Positions 57,841 through 64,000 of a DNA stretch of 64,000 nucleotides are shown one piece after another. This DNA is from Podarcis bocagei (Eukaryota), in assembly GCA_964188305.1 (NCBI GenBank), contig OZ076886.1. One strand, 5' to 3'. The translations under genes and the position numbers were made by a program. The first letter of the stretch is position 1, and every line of letters begins with the position of its first letter. Under the pieces are notes generated by a model. That model saw nothing but the letters and a program-made list of their open reading frames with translations. It was not told the origin of the DNA and did no database searches.

Positions 57841-58179
57841 TCCAAGCCCCTTTTGAAGCCGCCCACTGTTTCATATTGCAGTACAAAACTCCACAGCTTA
57901 ACTATTAAGCTTCCTTAGGTGACCCTTAGTTCCCGCACTATGAGAATGGGCGTGCGACTTTCTCCGCAAGGTGCATCATTTTATTCACCTCTTAGCCCTA
58001 TGTTCCACCACCATCACCCGTGTCTTTTATTCGCCACTCCATTGACACCTTCCAGTCTCTTGTGGGCCCGAGTTTGGAGCGCTTACTGCAGCAGCTCCTC
58101 CACCCCGACCACCCCACCCCTCGCAGGTTCAACGGTCATAACGGCAAATACCCCCACTCTGCGTTTTCGAATTCACCCA

Positions 58180-58500
58180 ATCACTTGAGCCGCCCTGAAG
58201 ACTCTCTGCCGCGCGCGCGGACAGGAGCGGCAGGCCCTCACCTTGGAGCTTAAAGAGCAGAGGCGGCCGACTTACCCCTTGTGGGCAAGAGACGACGGAA
58301 GAGGAAAATTCGCTCCGCCTCCTCCTGACGCGCTAAGGGAAATAGCCGGATCCCATTGGCTCGCTGCGCTAGAGGGCGTGGCTTGTGGAGCAGATGAGGA
58401 ATAGGCGGGAGGAGATGGTTTTTTTGCTCTAGCTGAGGAACTCGAGCGCTAATGGCGGGCCCGAGAGCGCAAGGGGGCAGCCAGCTCCTAGCGATATTAA
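58180..58500 (-). promoter_or_regulatory. CpG-island promoter of SMIM4
   Basis: CpG-rich; ETS-like cggaag 58296, CCAAT (attgg) 58355, GC box gggcgtggc 58374, YY1-like aatggcgg 58451. Confidence 0.7.
58242..58320 (-). other. SMIM4: Probable non-coding first exon of SMIM4 with two alternative donors
   Basis: Minus-strand donors ggg|gtaagt (58276/58275) and aag|gtgagg (58242/58241) inside a CpG-rich patch; TSS inferred. Confidence 0.65.
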
Positions 58501-58794
58501 AGGCACGCTTCAGTGGGAGTACTCCCGAGTAAGGGGCACAGTATTTCAGGTCTCCGCCATAAGCTTCCAGATGTCCCCGTGTTGCTTTTCTCTAAACTAC
58601 AAAACAGGAAGGTCTAGTGTTGCAGGGAATGCTCGTAGGGGCGGGGACAAGACTCGTGCTGAAGATACAGGATCCAAAAAAAGCCGTGTTGTAGATGTTG
58701 GCTATATTAGCGCTGCGTTGTGCAACTTGGATCCATATTCGACTGGTTGTTACTTCCCTTCAAAATAATTCCAATGTGTCATTTCCTGACAGTG

Positions 58795-58962
58795 GAACTA
58801 TTAGTCTGCGTGGCGGGGGAAAGAACTGCCATGTGGCATCTTAAAGGCCAACATTTATTATGGCATATATATTATTAATAATAATTTATTAACCGCCGAA
58901 GATCACAGGGCGACTCACAGCATAAGCGTTCGTGGACCAGATTCCATTTTATGAGATGCATG
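58795..58962 (-). mobile_element. Older, degenerate Penelope-like end of another subfamily, interrupted by a short insertion
   Basis: ttagtctg...gtggcatcttaaaggccaacatttattatggcata...agcgttcgtgga..ccattttatgagatgc; a decayed hammerhead pattern on -. Confidence 0.55.
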
Positions 58963-58979
58963 CACAAAACACGTATGGG

Positions 58980-59540
58980 GTGGTATTGTAAAACAGCATC
59001 CCAAGCTGTTTAGGGGCTTTAAAGACCAGCACCTCGAGAGTAAATAGGCAGCCAATGTAACTTTTTCAGAATCTGTTTAATACGATTTCATCCAGCTCTA
59101 CCGGTTAAAATTCTAGCAGTTGCATCAGCACTCCTTAAAGCTTTCAGCTTGTCTTCAAAGTCAGCACCACGAACAGCCCATTACAGTAATCCGTTCAGTT
59201 ACAGTTGTAGTTTGCCAACCAGTCAAAGCTGGAAAAAGGCCTTCCATGCCACTGGAAGCACCTGGGCCTGAGGTGACAATGTTGGATCCAAGAATACCTG
59301 CCTCCACGCTCCACCACTACACTCCTGCTCTTTCAAAGGGAGTGCAACCTTCCCAAAGAACAGACTGCGCACCACTTACGCAAAGCACCTCAGAACACCA
59401 GTTCAGTTTCTTGGCCTTGTCCAGCCCATTACAGAATGCAAACACCGGTCTCATACCTGCAGGACCACCCTTACACTAGACAGAGACAAAGAGAACCGAG
59501 TGTCATCAGCATACTGACCCCTCACGCCAAATCTCAATGG
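58980..59540 (-). mobile_element. Degenerate L2 LINE ORF2 fragment
   Basis: Minus strand cagtatgctgatgacact = QYADDT at ~59499-59516. Confidence 0.7.
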
Positions 59541-59644
59541 GCTCATAGAAGCCCTGTGGCGCTTATTCCTTGGTAAGAATACAAAGGAGAATATAAAAAA
59601 ATTCCTTCCAGTAGCACCTTAAAGACCAACTAAGTTAGTTCTTG

Positions 59645-59682
59645 GTATGAGCTTTCGTGTGCATGCACACTTCTTCAGATAC
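59645..59682 (-). ncRNA. Minimal type I hammerhead ribozyme (identical copy on the - strand)
   Basis: Exact reverse complement of 59873-59910. Confidence 0.8.
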
Positions 59683-59872
59683 ACTGAAACAGAAGTTGCC
59701 AGATCCTTCTATATAGTGAGAAGGTGGGGAGGGGTATTACTCAGAAGGGTGGTGGGAATGGGAGATTGGCAGATAGCTGAGATGAGCAATCTCCCATTCC
59801 CACCACCCTTCTGAGTAATACCCCTCCCCACCTTCTCACTATATAGAAGGATCTGGCAACTTCTGTTTCAGT

Positions 59873-59910
59873 GTATCTGAAGAAGTGTGCATGCACACGA
59901 AAGCTCATAC
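59873..59910 (+). ncRNA. Minimal type I hammerhead ribozyme (PLE-associated)
   Basis: gtat-CTGAAGA-a-gtgtgcatgcacac-GAAA-gc-TC^-atac: stem I gtat/atac, intact core, palindromic stem II, palindromic AGCT stem III; predicted cleavage after C59906. Confidence 0.8.
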
Positions 59911-60199
59911 CAAGAACTAACTTAGTTGGTCTTAAAGGTGCTACTGGAAGGAATTTTTTTATTTTGACTATGGCAGACCAACACGGCTACCTATCTGTAA
60001 AAGGAGAATATGAAAGCAATGGAACTTATTTCTGAATAAAAAGGCTTAGCGTGGAGGAGTAATTCCCTTCTCTCTTCTCCCCCCCCCCCATCCATTTATT
60101 TCACTAAGAGCTCCTCTAACGAATAGACGTCCCCTCTTTCTCCAGACAGGCAGAAACAACTAAGCGAGGAAAAGAAGACGACGAATAGAAACCGTAGCC

Positions 60200-60673
60200 C
60201 AAGCCTCCCTCTTCCCCACGGCAAGAAGCGCAGCGCAACACAATCGTCAAGCGCGCAGTCTTTTGGAAAACATCGCCGCACTGAATGATTTAAATGCCTT
60301 CCAGCGGGGCGGGCGAAAGGGCTCACGGGTGTGGTAGTCCTTGGCTCCTCGAATACTCTGAGAGAGGCCGCGAGGAAAAGATTCGCTCAGCCTACAAATC
60401 CCAAGTCGCCGCGCAGCGCCTGGGTTCGGAGACCCCGCCGCCTGCTCCTCCTCGCAAGGGGTCTCTACTGATGGGGCGCCAGGGATTGGCCAGCTTGGCT
60501 GCGCTTCCATTGGCTGGCTGGCTGTTGCGCGGCGGCGGCTGTAGAAGTCGCGTCGCGCGGCCAGTGGCCGGAGCAGAGAGCAGGGGACTGCGAGGGGCTG
60601 AGGTGGCCTTTTCGTGCTTCTCTGAGGTTATGCCCTTTTAACCCCTCACGTCCTGCCGCCCCGGAGAGGCTCC
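60200..60673 (+). promoter_or_regulatory. CpG-island promoter / 5' UTR of NT5DC2
   Basis: CpG-rich; GC boxes at ~60305, two inverted CCAAT boxes at ~60485 and ~60509, upstream of ATG 60674. Confidence 0.75.
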
Positions 60674-61004
60674 ATGGCTGCCGCGGGACTCAAGGCTGCA
60701 GGCGGCAGCGTGTGGAAGAGCGGCGGAGTCGGTCTCCAGCTGGTGGCCGCTGCCGCTTCCACTCACAGCTGCGCCTCCAAAGGCAGCGGAGACAGGCGCG
60801 CTGGCTGCAGCCAGCCGAGGGCCCACCAGCACCAGTCGGCGGGACACTCGCCGCCGCCGCCGCCGCCCTCCTTGAACGGCAAAGTCAAGAGAGCCGGGGA
60901 CTCCAGCCATGCAGCCACTGCCCCTTTGGGCAGCCCCGTCGAAGGGGTCGACACCAAGTCCTATCTCTGGGCCAGGTACCACGAGATGAAAAAGCTGGTT
61001 TACG
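60674..61004 (+). CDS. NT5DC2: 5'-nucleotidase domain-containing protein 2, first coding exon (gene continues beyond the window)
   Basis: MAAAGLKAA...SYLWARYHEMKKLVY resembles NT5DC2 MAGAGLRAA...HLWARYQDMRRLVH; good Kozak ccATGG; donor tacg|gtaacc; synteny. Confidence 0.88.
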
Positions 61005-61512
61005 GTAACCAAAATATTATTATTATTATTAGCCTTCCCACGCGGGATGGGAGATTTGACTGTCTGCCTGATGCATTTGTGGAAGTGGAACCTGATGGTG
61101 ATGAATTGCAATGCTTCCTCCCCCAGCTGCCCCACTGCAAATCGTTAGCCCCGTTGGCAGCCCTCCGATTAAGCTGTTCGCAGCCTGGTTTTATATGAAA
61201 AGGAGTGCAGTACCGTAGCTGTGTTCTAATTTCGCCAGGGAGCTGTGTGGCCAGAATCCCATCTGATTGCTTTTGTTGGTTTGTCCAACATGTTTCATCA
61301 GATACTCATTTGTCACTGTAGAGAGCAAGCAGGACTTTCTAGACCCGCAGCCTTCCAAAGTTAGAATGGCTTCAAATACTCTTTTGAGAATAGATGTTTG
61401 CTCAGATGAGAAGGGCATAAAGCAAGTTGGATCATATGGGACACATGTTAGTATACAGCTGAGTTCCTTCAATCACTTAGATATCAGCATCTAGTCTACT
61501 GTATTCTTGTAA

Positions 61513-61537
61513 TAGATAGATAGATAGATAGATAGAT
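61513..61537. repeat. (GATA)n microsatellite
   Basis: Directly visible. Confidence 0.9.
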
Positions 61538-64000
61538 AAGATTATTATTAAGTTCTCATCTGCCCACTTTAGGGCCTTTCATATCCTATATGATGCATTG
61601 TTAACGTCTACATCTGAAACCATTTTGTATTTCTGGTACGTGCTCAGTGTCCCCTTGGCAAAGTCATAATCAGTAGTTTACCATTGCCAAGTATGTTAAA
61701 TGCTAGTGGAAGAAACTAGCTGGGACAACAATTTCAAGATAACAGATGTAAAAAAATACCGGATTCATTTACTCTAAAACCCAGCGATATGAGGTGGAAA
61801 ATTTTACAGTGCTATATTTTTCCATAGAAAATCTGCAGTCTAAAAATGCACGTTCATAAAAATAAATAACAACGTGATGAGCTGATACAATATCAGTCAT
61901 GTTGGGCAGTTTCAAATTTGTAATTAATAGACTATCACCATCTATTAAATAATGGGCATGCAGCTCTTCAGATTGCTAAAAGTGGTGCAGTATGTTAAGA
62001 TTTTTTCAATACCTTCATTTCCCCCCATAAAATTTAAACAACGGAAGTCTATGTTGTTGAGTTGTCATGAATTGAAATATTTACAAAAGTTCTAATCTTA
62101 AAAATCCAAGTAAACTGTTGAGTTTATTTGTATGTTTGATACTTGTTGCACCCTGCAGCATAATTGTATCTCTGTCACCTGGCAATAACCTAGTACCGTT
62201 CTCAGGAACCTACCCCACAGCTTGGAAGAGAACGAATACAGTACAGTGCCTTCAACTACCACCCCGTGTTCATCAGCTGAAAGTTGAGGGATCAAGCAAA
62301 AGTAACAGAGCTGCAATTCCCCCTCTCCCTCTTCCAATAAAGGTCACCTATCAGGAGGGCCAGCCCACCCATAAAGCAAGGTGAGCCAACTACCTCAGGT
62401 GGCAGGATCCACAGGAGCAGCAAATCCCAATGTATATATTTATTTCCTCCCTTGTTCCTGGTGGAAATCTTCACCCCTTTTTCCCTGGTGGGGAGAGGGC
62501 ACCTTTTTGTGAGCCACCAAAGGTGTCAAAATCATGTAGTGGGTTGGCCCTGCCTGTCAGGGTGACCAAAGCCAATTCTGTCCTGAAACCAGACCAGAAC
62601 CTGGAATGAAAAGGTTCAAGATAATAGTTTCATTCAGTTTGGTGGTGAGCTGGATAAGCGCAAAACAAGCTGAAACTCGGGTCAGATGTTCTGATCCCTT
62701 TTGGAGAGACTTTGTAAATGGGGTTACATACCTCCTTAAGACAGAGTTGGACAGCTCTCTGGGTGATCTGAAGTAGGTTATCAAGGATTTCTCACTCATA
62801 GTTGTTTAACTAAGAATGACCCTAAATTATGCTCCTCAAATGAATAGTTTGGGGATGCGGGTAGACCATCCCCAAATTGTAGAAGAACTGAGTTCCATTC
62901 AATTATGGTATCCAAAACAAACTGCTGAACTGAGAATTCTTTACACCTGGCTCCAGTTAGTAGAGCTAGTAACAACAAGCTAGTTCCCTAAGCCTGAAGT
63001 CTGACTGAAGGTGCTGGTATGGTGGATTGGGAGCAGTGGAGACTTTTTTTTTTTAAACCAGCTTTGGCTGATTTCCAAACTTTGGGACCTCATGGGGAAT
63101 AGTTCCCTGACCATTGTTATGCATGCTTGTAACTTCTAGATTGGGTTTCTGCTTCAGGCTGCTCCTGAAGTGCTTTTGCAAACTTCAGCTGAGGGAATTC
63201 AGAATGTGACAGCCAGATTATTGACAAGTATCAGTTTCAGGGAGCAGATAGCATCTATTTTGAAACAGCTCCCCTGGTTCCTGGGTGGTTTCTGAGTGCT
63301 GTTCAAAGCATTTACCTTTCTTGCTCTAAGCAGACTAGGCAGCATTTTAAGGTAGTGGGCCAGAGGCCACCAGTGGCCCTCAGCACTTCAGCTTGCCCTG
63401 CCCCCCAACAGCATTTTAGTTGAATAGACGCTAACAGTAATCCACATGCATAGTTCAGAGGCACCTGTGGGAGTTGGTTAGAGAGCGAGGTAGGTGGGAA
63501 GGAGCCTTTAAGGTTCAAACTGGAGGGAGGAAAAGGAAAAGAGAAAGAAAGGGAGGAAATGGAAATGAGCTATGGGAAGGAGGGTAGTGAAAGGCATAAA
63601 CATGGCTAAGGGGAGAAGAAAATGAAAAGCTCCCAGTGCTCCTGCTGAGCCTTCCGTGGCTTATGATAAGTCTGATTTGCTGGAACCTTTGTTTTTCCCA
63701 CAATGGACTTGGCTTCTTATATTAAAAATGTAAGACAATATGCTAAAACATCAGTTAACAAAACAAGCTTGGTCTTAATCCTTTTTAACCTGGGTGCTGT
63801 GTGACTTAAGGATCAACTGCAAATCTGTAGTGATGAGTTTGGGAAGTTAGTTGTCTTGTGGTGTTTCCATTTGCATATTAATGGTAGCAATGTCTTCGGA
63901 AGCTAACTTGTTCCCACTTGGGGGGTGTTTTCTCATTAGATAGCAGTAGTCCTGAGGAATCAAGCAGGGCCACTTAGAATAAATTGCTGGAGAGCAAATA

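Larger units (their letters stand above)
59593..59999. mobile_element. Penelope-like element end in inverted configuration: 176-bp arms (59593-59768 / 59787-59962), 18-nt spacer
   Basis: Arms are reverse complements with one mismatch; TSD aaaggagaatat at 59583-59594 and 60000-60011; terminal motif gtagcacctt..agaccaac and embedded hammerhead. Confidence 0.85.

Noticed and set aside
60638-61135. 165-aa antisense ORF and other ORFs over 60096-61008
   Set aside because: Expected by-product of a GC-rich, stop-poor CpG island overlapping NT5DC2 exon 1; no recognisable protein
61005-61198. Continuation of the 174-aa ORF past LWARYHEMKKLVY
   Set aside because: Intron read-through after the donor at 61005; includes an (ATT)n tract

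Overview
Vertebrate genomic DNA from a squamate reptile; the Sauria-type SINE and CR1/L2/Penelope/hAT/Tc1 repeat content suggest a lacertid lizard (inference). The window holds the conserved PBRM1-SMIM4(UQCC5)-NT5DC2 block. (1) Complete coding sequence of PBRM1/BAF180 on + in 30 GT-AG exons, ATG 6969 to TAA 49947. Summed exons give 5064 nt = 1687 aa (6 bromodomains, 2 BAH, HMG box). There is also an upstream in-frame ATG exon (2014-2066) and a ~3.4-kb 3' UTR. (2) SMIM4/UQCC5 (70 aa) on -, convergent with PBRM1. (3) First coding exon of NT5DC2 on +, divergent from SMIM4. Introns carry many MITEs, LINE/SINE fragments, a solo LTR and several Penelope-like element ends. The most striking feature is a young, near-perfect 176-bp inverted repeat with a 12-bp target duplication between the two CpG-island promoters; it carries an intact minimal hammerhead ribozyme on each strand. 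Other candidates: an in-frame 27-nt PBRM1 microexon after the HMG exon, an RBFOX/QKI motif cluster at cassette exon 27, inverted repeats flanking exon 17, and a start-stop uORF abutting the SMIM4 AUG. Gene identities rest on recalled similarity to vertebrate orthologues; no database search was run. Exon numbers count coding exons from ATG 6969.
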